Positions 1 through 21,490 of a DNA stretch of 64,000 nucleotides are shown here, one piece after another. The first letter of the stretch is position 1. Each line of letters begins with the position of its first letter. Source of the DNA: the human T2T-CHM13v2.0 reference genome, Homo sapiens. Made by a program: the position numbers and the translations under genes. The stretch is taken from NCBI RefSeq assembly GCF_009914755.1, contig NC_060940.1. The stretch is one strand, 5' to 3'. A model generated the notes under the pieces. That model worked only from the letters and a program-made list of their open reading frames with translations. It was not told the origin of the DNA and did not search any database.

Positions 1-553
1 ACTGGGAAGTGAGGAGCCCCTCTGCCCCGCCAGCCGCCCCGTCCGGGAGGGAGGTGGGGGGGTCAGCCCCCCCGCCCGGCCAGCTGCCCCGTCCGGGAGG
101 GAGGTGGGGGGTCAGCCCCCCGCCCGGCCAGCCGCCCCGTCCGGGAGGTGAGGGGCGCCTCTGCCCGGCCGCCCCTACTGGGAAGTGAGGAGCCCCTCTG
201 CCCCGCCAGCCGCCCCATCCGGGAGGGAGGTGGGAGGGTCAGCCCCCCGCCTGGCCAGCCGCCCCGTCCGGGAGGTGAGGGGCGCCTCTGCCCGGCCGCC
301 CCTACTGGGAAGTGAGGAGCCCCTCTGCCCGGCCACCACTCCGTCTGGGAGGTGTACCCAATAGCTCATTGAGAACGGGCCATGATGACAGTGGCGGTTT
401 TGTGGAATAGAAAGGGGGGAAAAGTGGGGAAAAGATTGAGAAATCGGATGGTTGCCGTGTCTGTGTAGAAAGAGGTAGACATGGGAGACTTTTCATTTTG
501 TTCTGTACTAAGAAAAATTCTTCTGCCTTGGGAAAAAAAAAAAAAAAAAAAAA
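1..553 (+). mobile_element. SVA retrotransposon (SVA_D-like), 3' part: VNTR + partial SINE-R + poly(A)
   Basis: GC-rich VNTR units (gccccgtccgggagggaggtggggg...) 1-~340, then SINE-R start (ggtgtacccaatagctcattgagaacgggcc), poly(A) 533-553; 5' end lies outside the window. Confidence 0.93.
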
Positions 554-924
554 GAGATGTCCACAAAATTTTGCATTGGTGCTGGCCATTTGTATAGGCC
601 TTCAGACTCTCAAAAATGTGAGTTCTTAAAATTATTATTATTTATTTTTGAGACAGGGTTTCACTCCATCACCCAGGCTAGAGTACAGTGGTGTGATTTC
701 TGCAGCCTCGACCTCCCAGTTTCAGGTGATCCTCCCACCTCATCCTCCCAAGTAGCTGGAATTACAGGCACACGCCACCATGACTGGCTAATTTTTTTAA
801 GTTTAGTAGAGATGGGATTTCACCGTGTTGCCCAGTCTGGTCTCAAATGCCTGGGCGCAAGTCATTCACCTGCCTCAGCCTCCCAAAGTGTTGGGATTAC
901 AGGTGTGAGCCACTCCGCCTGGCC

Positions 925-5736
<4,812 letters not shown>

Positions 5737-5844
5737 TACTTAATTATATCTTACAGATAAGGGGAAGGTTTCCTTTGACCACACCCCCAGTGCTGATTAT
5801 TTCTTTTTCCTCCTCATCAGAAGTAATATTGTCAAGTTTAGTGA

Positions 5845-6114
<270 letters not shown>

Positions 6115-6141
6115 TGAGCCACCGCGCCCGGCCTATTTTTA

Positions 6142-6437
<296 letters not shown>

Positions 6438-7454
6438 CTATCTCAAAAAAGAATTAGCCAGGCATGGTGGTTCATGCCTGTAGTCTCAGCTACTTGGGAG
6501 GCTGAGGTGGGAGGATAGCTTTGCACTTTGGGAGTCTCATTTTCAGATATGAAAAAAAAGCCCAGCACGGTTCCAAAGTTAATATCACATCCAATTTAAA
6601 GAGACCTGGTGAGGCGCGGTGGCTCACGCCTATAATACCAGCACTTTGGGAGGTCGAGGTGGGAGAAGCATTTGAGTCCAGGGGTTTGTGACCAGTCATA
6701 GTGAGACCCCATCTCTCCAGAAAAAAAAAAAAAGGCTGGATATGGTGATGCTCGCCTGGGGTCCCAGCTACTCAGGAGGCTGAGGCAGGAGGATTGCTTG
6801 AGTCCAGTAGTTGGAGGCTGCAGTGAGCTATGATTGGGCCACTACGTGTCAGCCTGGGCAATTAGAAGGAGACCCAGTATTTTTTTTTTTAATGTAAATA
6901 TAAATAAGGTGACCTAAAGTGGTGAAGGAACCCTCCCCACTCCTCTCTGCTGGCTCCTTCAAGGTCAAGGTTAATCAGAGGAAAAGGGGCTGGGTGACAC
7001 ATGATTGGTGTGTCTATGATCTGTGACACCTGTCATGTGCTCTCCTGGGAGGTGTTGGCTTCTTCTGAGGTGGTATAGGCAGACGCTTTCTGGCTGGCCT
7101 CTTATGACAACCCCTCAGTCCTTCCTCCCTGCCCCTGCCCCAGGGGATTCCACTCCCGGCAGCCTCTCACTGCCCGTCCCTTTGCCAGGGTAGGCAGCTG
7201 TTTAGGGCAGGGGCCGCCACAACACTAGAGCCCGCTCATTTTGTTGGCATTCACCAGGCCTAGGGGTCTCATTTATTCTCACCTATCCAAAAGGACGTGC
7301 CCTCCTCTCTCTCCCTGTCTGGCCCCTTCGGGCTGCTCCGGACCTTCTCGTTCCTCCTCCAGAATCCTCTGGGTTGGATGACAGCACTGGTGGATGCCAC
7401 ACTCAGGGGCCTGCATCAGGTTCTCCTAAGAACCTCTTGTCAGCCTTCATCTGA

Positions 7455-7846
<392 letters not shown>

Positions 7847-7933
7847 TGAGGTGGGTGATGAGGGTGGAAATTAGCAAGATGGACCTGCTCTCTCACTAGG
7901 AATCCTAAAGGGTGTGTCTGCGGCTCGGTTTAG

Positions 7934-8209
<276 letters not shown>

Positions 8210-8447
8210 TAATTTTTGCCTGGCTAAAATTATCATGCCTGGCTAATTTTTGTAGTTTTAGTAGAGACAGGGTTTCACCATGTTGGCCATGCTGGAGCAC
8301 TCAATATTATCAAGCTCAAATTCTTATTTCTTTTTGCCAACATGATGGGAAATAAATAAATAAATAGTATCACATGGCTTTTTAAAAGTTTAATTTATAT
8401 TTTTCTCATTGTATGCATTTATTGACCAGTTATAATTCCTCTTCTAA

Positions 8448-8702
<255 letters not shown>

Positions 8703-9316
8703 TGACCCACCTTCCGCAGCCTCCTTAAGTGCTGGGATTACAGTCACGAGCCACCGTGCGCCCGGCTGCTTATTTTCCTTCATGAGTTATTGTGGTTCTT
8801 TATATATCTGCATACTTTTTTTTTTTTTCTGCTACATACATGTGTGGCAAGTGTTTTCTCCTAATCTGACAGCTTGTCCTTCAACTCTGTTTATGGAGTT
8901 CTTCTCCTTGTGTTACAGAGGAAATGTTTGGACAGCTTTGGCTTAAGTGTCATCTGCACAGGGCATTTTTTTTGTGCCTTCACAGTGCCTGAGTGATGGC
9001 AACACACTCTCTTGGCACTGCAAGCTCCTTCCATCAGGGTGGGACCTGGGTCCTGAGCATGGATTCTTTGGGTCAACATCCCTGCTGCTCTACCTGGTGG
9101 GAAAATCCCTTGTCCCTAAAAGATTTATTTTATTTATTTGTTTTTTTTTTGAAATGGAGTCTCGCTCTGTCTCCCAGGCTGGAGTGCAGTGGTGCAATCT
9201 TGCTCACTACAACCTCCGCCTCTTGGGTTCAAGTGATTCTCCTGTCTCAGCCTCCCGAGTAGCTGGGATTACAGGCTCACGCCACCACTCCGGGCTATTT
9301 TTTGTATTTTTAGTAG

Positions 9317-9451
<135 letters not shown>

Positions 9452-10832
9452 TAACTGGTGCTTGAAACCTGAACCCTAACTCATAACATCCCAATTCAGA
9501 TGCAATCACATGGGTAGCACTTTCAGATTTTACAAAGTGCTTTCATATCCATGATCTTAATTGACCCTCTTAGGGAATGAAGGGAGGGTTGGAATCAGGT
9601 CTCCAGTTCATTGGAGAAAACAGTCTCTCAGCAGTTCCCAACAGCAATAGTGATGGTGTTGGCCCAGGAGCCTGATCTATCTCTCAATCTTGGCTTCTCT
9701 TCCCCATGCGGTTATTAGTTAATCCCCATCCTGAAAGAATTCTGAAGCGTTTGCCTGGGGGTGGGGATGGGGGTAGAATGTGACTCTAATATCCTCAGAA
9801 GGGAGGCTTGTATTAGTAAAGTTGAAAGTAGTCATGGCCAATCTAAACTGCTGCTACTGTTTTTCTGGCTTTTGTCCCGGAGTTGAGACAGAGCAGAGAA
9901 TTTAGCAAGGTTCGGGTGTAGCTGGGTGTTTCAGGAAAGGACTCAAGAACCAGGAAATGCCCACTGTTCAGTTGCCCAAGGCCTGGATGAATGGATAGAA
10001 ATGGCTTTCGCTGTGTGAATGAACGCTTTTCCTTCACCCTTAAACCATCTTTTGCAACTTTGCGAAACCATGATTCGCAACTTTGCGAATCAAATAGTGT
10101 GAGATCTAATATCAAAGAGTTTTTTAATGAAATAAGCAATACTCATAAGAGACAACAATCACATCAAACAATAAATCCACTATGGTTGCAATTATGAGAA
10201 ACAAATTCTCTCAAAGAAAAAAAGACAAGCGAGGCCAGGTGTGAAGGCTCATGCCTGTAATCCCAGAACTTTGGGAAGCTGAAGAGGGAGGAATGCTTGA
10301 GGCCAAGAGTTTGAGACCAGCCTAGGCAACACAGTGAGGCCCCGTTTCTACGAGAAATAAAAAAAATTAACCAGGTGTAGTGGTGTGTGCCTGTAATCCC
10401 AGCTACTTGGGAGTCTGAGGCACGAGAATCATTTGAGCCCAGGAGATGGAGGTTGCAGTGAGCCAAGATCGCACCACAGCACTCCAGCTTGGGTGACAGA
10501 GCGAGACTCTGCCTTGGAAAAAAAAAAGAAAGAAAGAAAAATTTGTGTTTGGGCCAGTCACTGTGGCTCACGCCTGTAATCCCAGCACTCTCAGAGGCTA
10601 AGTCACTTAAGGCCAGGAGTTCAAGACTAGCCTGAGCAACATAGTGAGACCCACCTCTACCAAAAAGAAAAGAAAGAAAGAAAGAAAGAAAGAAAAGCTC
10701 TGTGAGGGAAGGGACCTTGTGTGTTTTGCTTATTTGTAGGTCCCTGATGCCTGGTACATAGTTGTTTCTCTCTCACTCTCTCTCTCTCTATATATATATA
10801 CACACATACACATTATATATACGTACACATTA

Positions 10833-11352
<520 letters not shown>

Positions 11353-12075
11353 TCACTGCAGCCTTGAACTCCTGGGCTCAAGAGATCCTCTTGCCTCAGT
11401 CTCTCGAGTTTATCTTGAGTTTATATATTTTAATGAGTAAATGAATAAGTGAGGAATTCATTGCTTCATTTCTAAGAGTCCAGCAGGAAGCCCAATAAAT
11501 TGTAGTTGTAGATACCGGGGAAGTGAAACACATTAGGTAAGGGAGGCCCACTCCTCAATGGGAAAAGGGGAAGTGAGGAGAAACTTCAGAATAGCAAAGA
11601 GGAACCTGACAACAATTCAGTTCAGCCTTGTGGAATCCAGTGATGTGAGATAAAATCACTCGGTGTTTAACAGACACTGCTGAGCTTCCGATTACCCTGC
11701 CCTGGAGCTCCTGTCTGGCCTCTTTCTGTGATAGGATTCATGGGCTATTGTTTAAGTTGTGATCTCTGTTATTTGTAGCTCAAAGCATCCCAACAGACAT
11801 AATCTCTGTTGTAAATACTTGGCATATAATCACATAACTTTTTTTTTTTTTGGGACAGGGTCTCACTCTGTTGCCCAGGGTGGAGTGCAGTCACATGACT
11901 GTGGCTCGTTGCAGCCTTGACCTCCTGGGCTCAAGTGATCCTTCTGCCTCAGCCTCCTGAGTAGCTGAAACTACAGGTGTGTACCACCCTAGACAACTAA
12001 AAATGCTTAATGGTTTTTGTGAAATGTGTTTTAGTGTTTAAAAAGCTATATTCTCTTCCTCCTTTTTTTTTTTGA

Positions 12076-12219
<144 letters not shown>

Positions 12220-12365
12220 TAATTTTGTATTTTTAGTAGAGATGGGGTTTCTCCATGTTGGTCAGGCTGGTCTCAAACTCCCGACCTCAGGTGATCCGCC
12301 TGCCTTGGCCTCCCAAAGTGCTGGGGTTACAGGCGTGAGCCACCACGCCTGGCCTTGTTTGTTGA

Positions 12366-12476
<111 letters not shown>

Positions 12477-12744
12477 TGAGTAGCTGGGATTACAGGCATG
12501 TGCCACCATGCCCGGCTAAAAAGTATTTTTAGTAGAGATGGGGTTTCTCCATGTTGGTCAGGCTGGTCTTGAACTCCCGACGTCAGGTGATCTGCTCGCC
12601 TTGGCCTCCCAAAGTGCTAGGATTACAGGCGTGAGCCACTGTGCCTGGCTTTTTTTTTTTTTTTTTTTTTTTGGACAGAGTTTTGTTCTGTTGCCCAGGC
12701 TGGAATGCAGTGGTGTGAATTTTAAATTTTTCTGTAGAGATGAG

Positions 12745-13859
12745 TATTGAGGGAAATTCAGCCAGATATCGGGTGAAATTCACCCCTGATATTTCACATA
12801 GAATATTCTTTTCTATTTTCCCTAAGTGTCAGCTGGTCTGAGAAATAAAGGGACAGAGTACAAAAGAGAGAAATTTTAAAGCTGGGTGTCCAGGGGAGAC
12901 ATCACATGTCAGCAGGTTCTGTGATGCCCCCTGAGCCGTAAAACCAGCAAGTTTTTATTAGTGATTTTCAAAAGGGGAGGGAGTGTACGAATAGGATGTG
13001 GGTCACAGAGATCACATGCTTCACAAGGTAATAAGATATCACAAGGCAAATGGAGGCAGGGCGAGATCACAGGACCACAGGACTGGGGTGAAATTAAAAT
13101 TGCTAATGAAGTTTCAGGAACGCATTGTCATTGATAACATCTTACCAGGAGCCAGGGTTTGAGAGCAGACAACCGGTCTGATCAAAATTTATTAGGTGGG
13201 AATTTCCTCGTCCTAATAAACCTGGAAGCGCTATGGGAGAGTGGGGCTTATTTCATCCCTACAGCTTTGACCATAAATGACGGCTGCCCCCCGAAGCGGC
13301 CATTTCAGAGGCCTCCCCTCAGGGATGCATCCTCTTTCTCAGGGATGTTCCTTGCTGAGAAAAAGAATTCAGTGATATTTCTCCCATTTGCTTTTGAAAG
13401 AAGAGAAATATGGCTCTGTTCCGCCTGGCTCACCGGCAGTCAGAATTTAAGGTTGTCTGTCTTATTCCCTGAACATTGCTGTTATCCTGTTCTTTTTTCA
13501 AGGTGCCCAGATTTCATATTGTTCAAACACACATGCTCTACAAACAATTTGTGCAGTTAACACAATCATCACCGGGTCCTGAGGTGACATGCATCCTCCT
13601 CGGTTTACGAGATGACGGGATTAAGAGATTAAAGTAAAGACAGGCATAGGAAATCACAAGGGTATTGATTGGGGAAGTGATATGTGTCCATGAAATCTTC
13701 ACAATTTATGTTCAGAGATTGCAGTAAAGACAGGCATAAGAAATTATGAAAGTATTAATTTGGGAAACTAATAAATGTCCATGAAATCTTCACAATTTAT
13801 GTTCTTCTGCCATGGCTTCAGCTGGTCCCTCCATTAGGGGTTCCGGGCTTCCCACAACA
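12745..13859 (-). mobile_element. MER11 (HERV-K11/HML-8) solo LTR inserted in an Alu
   Basis: reverse complement begins TGTTGTGGGAAG..GGAGGGACCAGCTGAAGCCATGGCAGAAGAACATAAATTGTGAAGATTTCATGGACA; about 1.1 kb; 6-bp TSD gatgag/gaagag. Confidence 0.88.
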
Positions 13860-14344
13860 GAAGAGGTCTTGCTATATTATCGGTCTTGAACTCCTAGCTT
13901 CAAGTGATCCTCCCACCTCAGCCCCGCAAAGTCCCAGTGTGAGCCACTGCACCCAGCCTGGTTACATAACTTCCATGTGCCTCAGTTTCTTCATCTGCAA
14001 AATGGGGCTAGAATACCTTCTTCATAGGATTTCTATGAAGGGTCAGTGAGTGAACACATGCTAATCACTTAGAACCATGTCTGGCACAGAGTAAATTCTC
14101 AATCAGTGTCAGTTTTTATTATGTATTATTATTATTATTGTAAAATACAGTATGTCATTATAGTATGTATTGACTATTTGTTCTACATTTTCAATTTTCA
14201 AGAATTAGGCACTTTTAGTTATATTTTCAGTATTTTCTGTTTTTACCTTAATCTATCATTTCTGATTTTACCTTAATCAGGGATGTGGTATGTATCATTT
14301 CTGCCTTTCTGTGGCATGAAATTGGAATGGTATTTGTGAAATGA

Positions 14345-14506
<162 letters not shown>

Positions 14507-14844
14507 TAAAGGCATGTGCTACTATGCCTGGCTAATTTTTGTATTTTTAGTGGAGATGGGGTTTTGCCATGTTGGCCAGGCTGGTCTCAAACTCCTGGCC
14601 TCAAGTGATCCATCCTCCCTGGCCTCCCAAAGTGCTGGGATTACAGGCGTGAGCCACCACACACCCACACACAGCCTATTCATCTTTTTTTTTAAAGACA
14701 GGATCTTGCTCTGTTGCCCAGGCTGGAGTGCAGGAGTGCAGTACATCATAGCTCACTGCAGCCTTGAACTCCTAAGCTCAAGCCATCCTCCTGCCCTTGA
14801 CCCTCCAAGTAGCTGGCACTACAGGCATGACATACATCTATTAA

Positions 14845-15147
<303 letters not shown>

Positions 15148-15596
15148 TGATCTCTTGATCTTGTGATCCGCCCGCCTTGGCGTCCCAAAGTGCTGGGATT
15201 ACAGGCGTGAGCCACCGCACCCCGCCAGCATTCTTTGTCTTGTCCACAGCTGAAGTTTCCATTATTTATTTATTCAACCAAACTTCATCAAACTCCTTTT
15301 TAATGTAGCACATACCATGCTCAGTCTTAGGCGTATGCATTTGGATAATTCAAAATTGTTGCCTTCAAAAAGCTATAGTGAGAGAAATAACCTCATAAAC
15401 AATAAGATCACAGTGTGAGGACTGCTAATAGAGCTGTGTGTAACAGAGCTTGGGGTTAAGCAGGAAAATTAGGGCAGGCTTCTCAGAAGAGGTGACAACT
15501 TGAGTTGGCCCTTGGAGAGCAAGTAGGAGTTTCTAAGGAAAACAAAAAGAAGCAGAAGGATGGTATTCCAGACACACCCAATAGTCAATTGTACTA

Positions 15597-15669
15597 TTAG
15601 TTTGATGCAAACGTAATTGCGGTTTTGGCCATGACTTTAATTACTTTAGTTACATTTGCACCCACCTAA
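15597..15669. mobile_element. MADE1 (Hsmar1-derived MITE), degenerate
   Basis: ttagtttgatgcaaacgtaattgcggtttt...ttacatttgcacccacctaa inverted termini flanked by TA. Confidence 0.75.
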
Positions 15670-17032
15670 TAATTATCTGAAACTGCATGACAAATGACCC
15701 TAAGCTTAGAGGCTTAAAACAACAGTAATCATTTCTTATCTCCCTTGATTTCTTTTCTTAAATTTAAAAAAATTTTTGGCCGGGTGCAGTGGCTCACATC
15801 TGTAATCCCAGCACCACAGTAGCAAAAATAGCTGCAGTGGTTCCAGGTTTTACATCACACTAGGAGGAGAAAAAACATCTTTGTCCTGAGATCCACTTTG
15901 ATTAGACACATGCCCACACTTGAACCAACGACTTATGTCAGAGCGATAGAATAGTTGGATTGTCTTAGTGTAGTTCACATGCTCCACCCTCAGACCTGGG
16001 GCAAAGTCAGTTCTTCCCAAACCACGTAGTCCTCCAAGTGGAAATTGAGAGTCGCTGGGAAGGGGGAAACTGGATGCTGGGGAGATAACCACAAGTGTCC
16101 ACACAAACTCAATTGTGATGTGGTTCATCTAAGCAACACTCAGTGAGCCCCAGCCAGATAAGGTGCTGGGTCCTGGGATAAAGCCATGAGCAGGACATAG
16201 TCACTGCTCTCAAGGCAGCCATTGTTTATCACCCCCCAAGAACGTAAGCTCCTTAAAGGTAGGGAGGTTTCCTCTCTCGTTCACATCCATTTCCCTGAGC
16301 CTGGAGCAGCACCTGGCACATAGTTAATACCTGTTGAATGAAGAGTCTAGTGGAAAGATGGGCATAATCTCCAAGTCATCACACCATATACAGTTTAATG
16401 CTAGCTCTAGGGACTTTGAGGGGCCAGGGTGTGTGATCCACCCTTTTACTTCTCCTCCTTTTTCTCTTCCTTCTGTTTGTGGCTCCCCCAGGGTGAGAGA
16501 TTGAGAGGAAAGAATTGAAGGGATGGCAGGGGTTCCACATGACTGGTACCCATATGTGGTTGGAAATGCCCTGACTCTCTCTAGACTCCAAGCTGGGTCC
16601 ATCTCTTGCTTGTGGTCCCCAGTAGCTGAAGTACAGCTGAGGTGTTCCTGGGGTTGCTATTTAGCTTAACCATGGCTCTCTCCTCTGCTGAGGAGCCCCT
16701 TGGAGTGAGAGATGCCTGCCTCCCCTCAGGGCTTTGCCTCCACCCTTTCTCCAACCTCTGTATTCCTTCATGTGGAACCAGGAAGCCCCCCTCTCCCTCA
16801 ATTTCCCACTTTATTTAAGGCACATAAAACTTTTCTGGAGGAAAGCTCTTGTTGAATCTGCAGCCTCTCCCCAAACCCCAAGGCCTGTAAAGCTCTGAAT
16901 AGAGAGGCCCTGAGCTGAATGTGACAGTAATGATACTTATATCAGGTCAAGGATGCCTAAGGACCATAGTTACTTTGTCAAATTGTACAAGATGTTTCAT
17001 CCAGAGCGTGCTTAGAGTAATGATAATGATAT

Positions 17033-18402
<1,370 letters not shown>

Positions 18403-19651
18403 AATAATCATCTTTGCCGGTGGGGGCGCATCTTACATGCCAGGCACTGTGCTAAGCTTTTCACATGCATTATTTAATTTAACCCTTACAAAAACTCTGT
18501 TAAGTCACACATCAGTTAGGGCCTTTTGGGGAAAAACAACAGAACAAGTAGAACATGAGATTTACTGAGTACCAAGTAGCCTATTCCAGGAATTAGTAGT
18601 TTTGTTTCCTGCCCTGCTCAGGTTAGGCCCTGAGCAACTCCTCCTTTCAAGGTTGGGAGGCAAGAACTTAGAGATGGTGAAATGGCTGTCGCTGCCCTGC
18701 AAGTCACCTGTGGCCAACCATGCTCTTTGTGTGACCTTGGTCGAAACACCTGGGACTCACAAAGCCTGTGGTAGAACAATTTCCTTGGCCTGCCAGACAT
18801 TTGGCCTGCTGCATGGACAACTGAGGTGGCAAGGGAAGCATCCAGAATGCTTCCCACTGAGCGACAGGCAGCTTTCAGCCACCTACCTCTGTGTGTCATC
18901 GAGGGTGCGCTGGCCAGGTCATCCATCAACCCAACACAGTTGGTAGAATGATTACAGCGAATGTTGACTACATGCACTTTGACATCTATTATTATCTCAT
19001 TTAACTATCACAATCACCCCAAGATGTTAGTACAATTATTGCCCCCATTTTCCAGATGAGGACAGTGAGGTCCAGAGAGTAAGTTGTTCAAGGGCATACT
19101 TATAGACCTAGGATATTTTTATTCTTTTTTTTTTTTTTTCTGAGATGAGATCTTGCTCTGTTGCCCAGGCTGGAGGGCAGTGGTGTGATCTTGGCTCATT
19201 GCAATCTCCGCCTCCTGGGTTCAAGTGATTTTCTTGCCTCAGCCTCCTGAGTAGCTGGGATTACAGGCATGTGCCACCATTCCCGGCTAATTTTTGTATT
19301 TTTGGTAGAGACAGGGTTTCGCTATATTGTCCAGGCTGGTTTCAAACTTCTGACTTCAGGTGATCCACCTGCCTCAGCCTCCCAAAGTGCTGGGATTACA
19401 GGTGTGAGCCACCACACCCGGCGTAGACCTAGGATTTTAGTGCCCTTAGTCTGATTCCAGACCCAAAGGCTTAACCAGATGGCTGAGGATGACACTCAGG
19501 TGGAACTTTTTTTTCTTACTTTTTTTTTTTTTTAAGACAGGGTCTCGCTGTGTTGCCCAAGCTGGAGTGCGGTGGTGCAATCAGCTCACTGCAGCCTCAA
19601 TCTCCTGGGCTCAAGTGATTCTCCCACCTCAGCCTCCTGGGTAGCTGGGGT

Positions 19652-20108
19652 TGTCTCACGTGTCCATGTGAAGAGACCACCAAACGGGCTTCGTGTGAGC
19701 AACAAGGCTGTTTATTTCACCTGGGTGCAGGCGGGCTGAGTCCGAAAAGAGAGTCAGCAAAGGGTGGTGGATTATCATTAGTTCCTACAGGTTTTGGGAT
19801 AGGGGGTGAAAAGCCATGTTTTGCGGGCAGGGGTGGATCTCACAAAGTACATTCTCAAGGGTGGGGAGAATTACAAAGAACCTTCTTAAGGGTCGGGGAG
19901 ATTACAAAGTACCTTCTTAAGGGTGGGGGAGATTACAAAGTACATTGATCAGTTAGGGTGGGACAGAAACAAATCACAATGGTGGAATGTCATCAGTTAA
20001 GGCTATTTTCACTTCTTTTGTGGATCTTCAGTTGCTTCAAGCCATCTGGATGTATACATGCAGGTCACAGGGGATATGATGGCTTAGCTTGGGCTCAGAG
20101 GCCTGACA
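19652..20108 (-). mobile_element. LTR7-family (HERV-H) solo LTR, type II/LTR7B-like, inserted in an Alu
   Basis: reverse complement begins TGTCAGGCCTCTGAGCCCAAGCTAAGCCATCATATCCCCTGTGACC and ends TCTCTTCACATGGACACGTGAGACA; 31-bp tandem repeats at 19842-19934. Confidence 0.9.
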
Positions 20109-20479
20109 GGATCACAGGAACTTTTCTTGACAATCCAGTGCAATGGAAAAACAGTATTTTATTCTTGTTCTTCCCACAACTTTCTCAGGAGGGCGGATCC
20201 TGTAGCAAGTTTCTTCGAGTGTGGTGAGCGAAGCAAATTGGAGGAGCTCAGACGGAGATAATTTGTCTGTGTAGACAAGGAAGGAAATTTGGAGAGGTGG
20301 GACTGGGAGATTTTGTTGGGAAGAGAGAAGCCGTGACCCTGGGTGCTGTGCAGGAAAAGGGACGATGAAGACCTGATACCTTCATTCCCCTGAGAGCAAA
20401 ACTGGAAAATGTTGAGGAATGTGGCAAAGAAGGTTTGCGAAGTTGAGTATAGAGAGTCATGTGATGCAAAACCCACTTG

Positions 20480-21490
20480 TTTGAAGGAGGTGGGCCAGTG
20501 AGCCTGCCGATCCCTGGGGGAAGATTGGTTCCATCAGAGGGAACAGCCAGTGCCATGGCCTTCAGGTGGTGGTGTGCCTGGCAGGTTTGAGGAATGGCAA
20601 GGAGGCCAGGGTGGCTGCTGTCCCAGAAAATGAGGTAAGCTCAGAGAGGTAAGGGCTGGGGTTGGGATGACAGGTCATGCAGGTCCTTGTAGGTTGTAGA
20701 AAGGACTGGCTTTTACTATCAGTAACGTGGGAGCCTTTGCAAGGTTTTGAGCAGAGGAGTGGCATGATATGTCTTGTGTTTTGAAACAATCCCTCTGACT
20801 GCTGTACTGAAAATTGACTTCGGCTGGGCACGGTGGCTCACGCATGTAATGCCAGCACTTTGGGAGGCTGAGGTGGGAGGATGGCTTGAGGCTAGGAGTT
20901 TGAGACCAGCCTAGGCAACTTAGTGAGACCCCGTCTCTACAAAAAGATTGAAAAATTACCTGGACATGGGGGCGCATGCCTGTAGTACCAGCTATTTAGG
21001 AGGCTGAGGTGGGAGGATCATTTGAACCCAGGAGTTGGAAAAAAGAAAAAAGGCAGTCAAAGGACTGAGCTCTGAGATCCTTCTGAAGAGGTTGGGAGAA
21101 GAGGAGAATCAGCAAGAGAAACTGAGAAGGAGGGTCATGGGCGGTAGGCGGGAAGCAGGAGAGTGTGGGGTCAGAGGACAGATGTAGAAATCAGTTCCAG
21201 GAAGCGAGGGCCGAGTGTCAGAAGCTGCTGCTGAGTCACTCAAGATGAAGACAGAACTCATCACTGGAGTCACTCAGGCAGCCTTGGTGACCTTGATAAA
21301 AATAGTTTAGGTGGAGTAGGTGCCGGGTTGGAGCACAGGCTTGGTTGGAATGGGGTTAAGGGAGGATGTGAGCAGTAGAACAGGGTGCAGCCAACACAGA
21401 CAACTACTTTGGAGAAGTTTTGCAAAAGGGAAGTAAAAAATGGGCAGTGGTTGATGAGGGGAGTGGAATCAAAGAAAGTCTTGTTTGCTT
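20480..21490 (+). mobile_element. L2 LINE fragment interrupted by an Alu (20822-21050)
   Basis: L2-like motifs (ggagcctttgcaaggttttgagcagaggagtggcatgat; gacaactactttggagaagttttgc); boundaries approximate. Confidence 0.6.

Noticed and set aside
1-340. CRISPR-like or novel repeat array
   Set aside because: This is the SVA VNTR; it has no unique spacers and the context is eukaryotic.
15597-15669. miR-548-like hairpin from MADE1
   Set aside because: The arms are degenerate and nothing in the sequence supports expression or processing.
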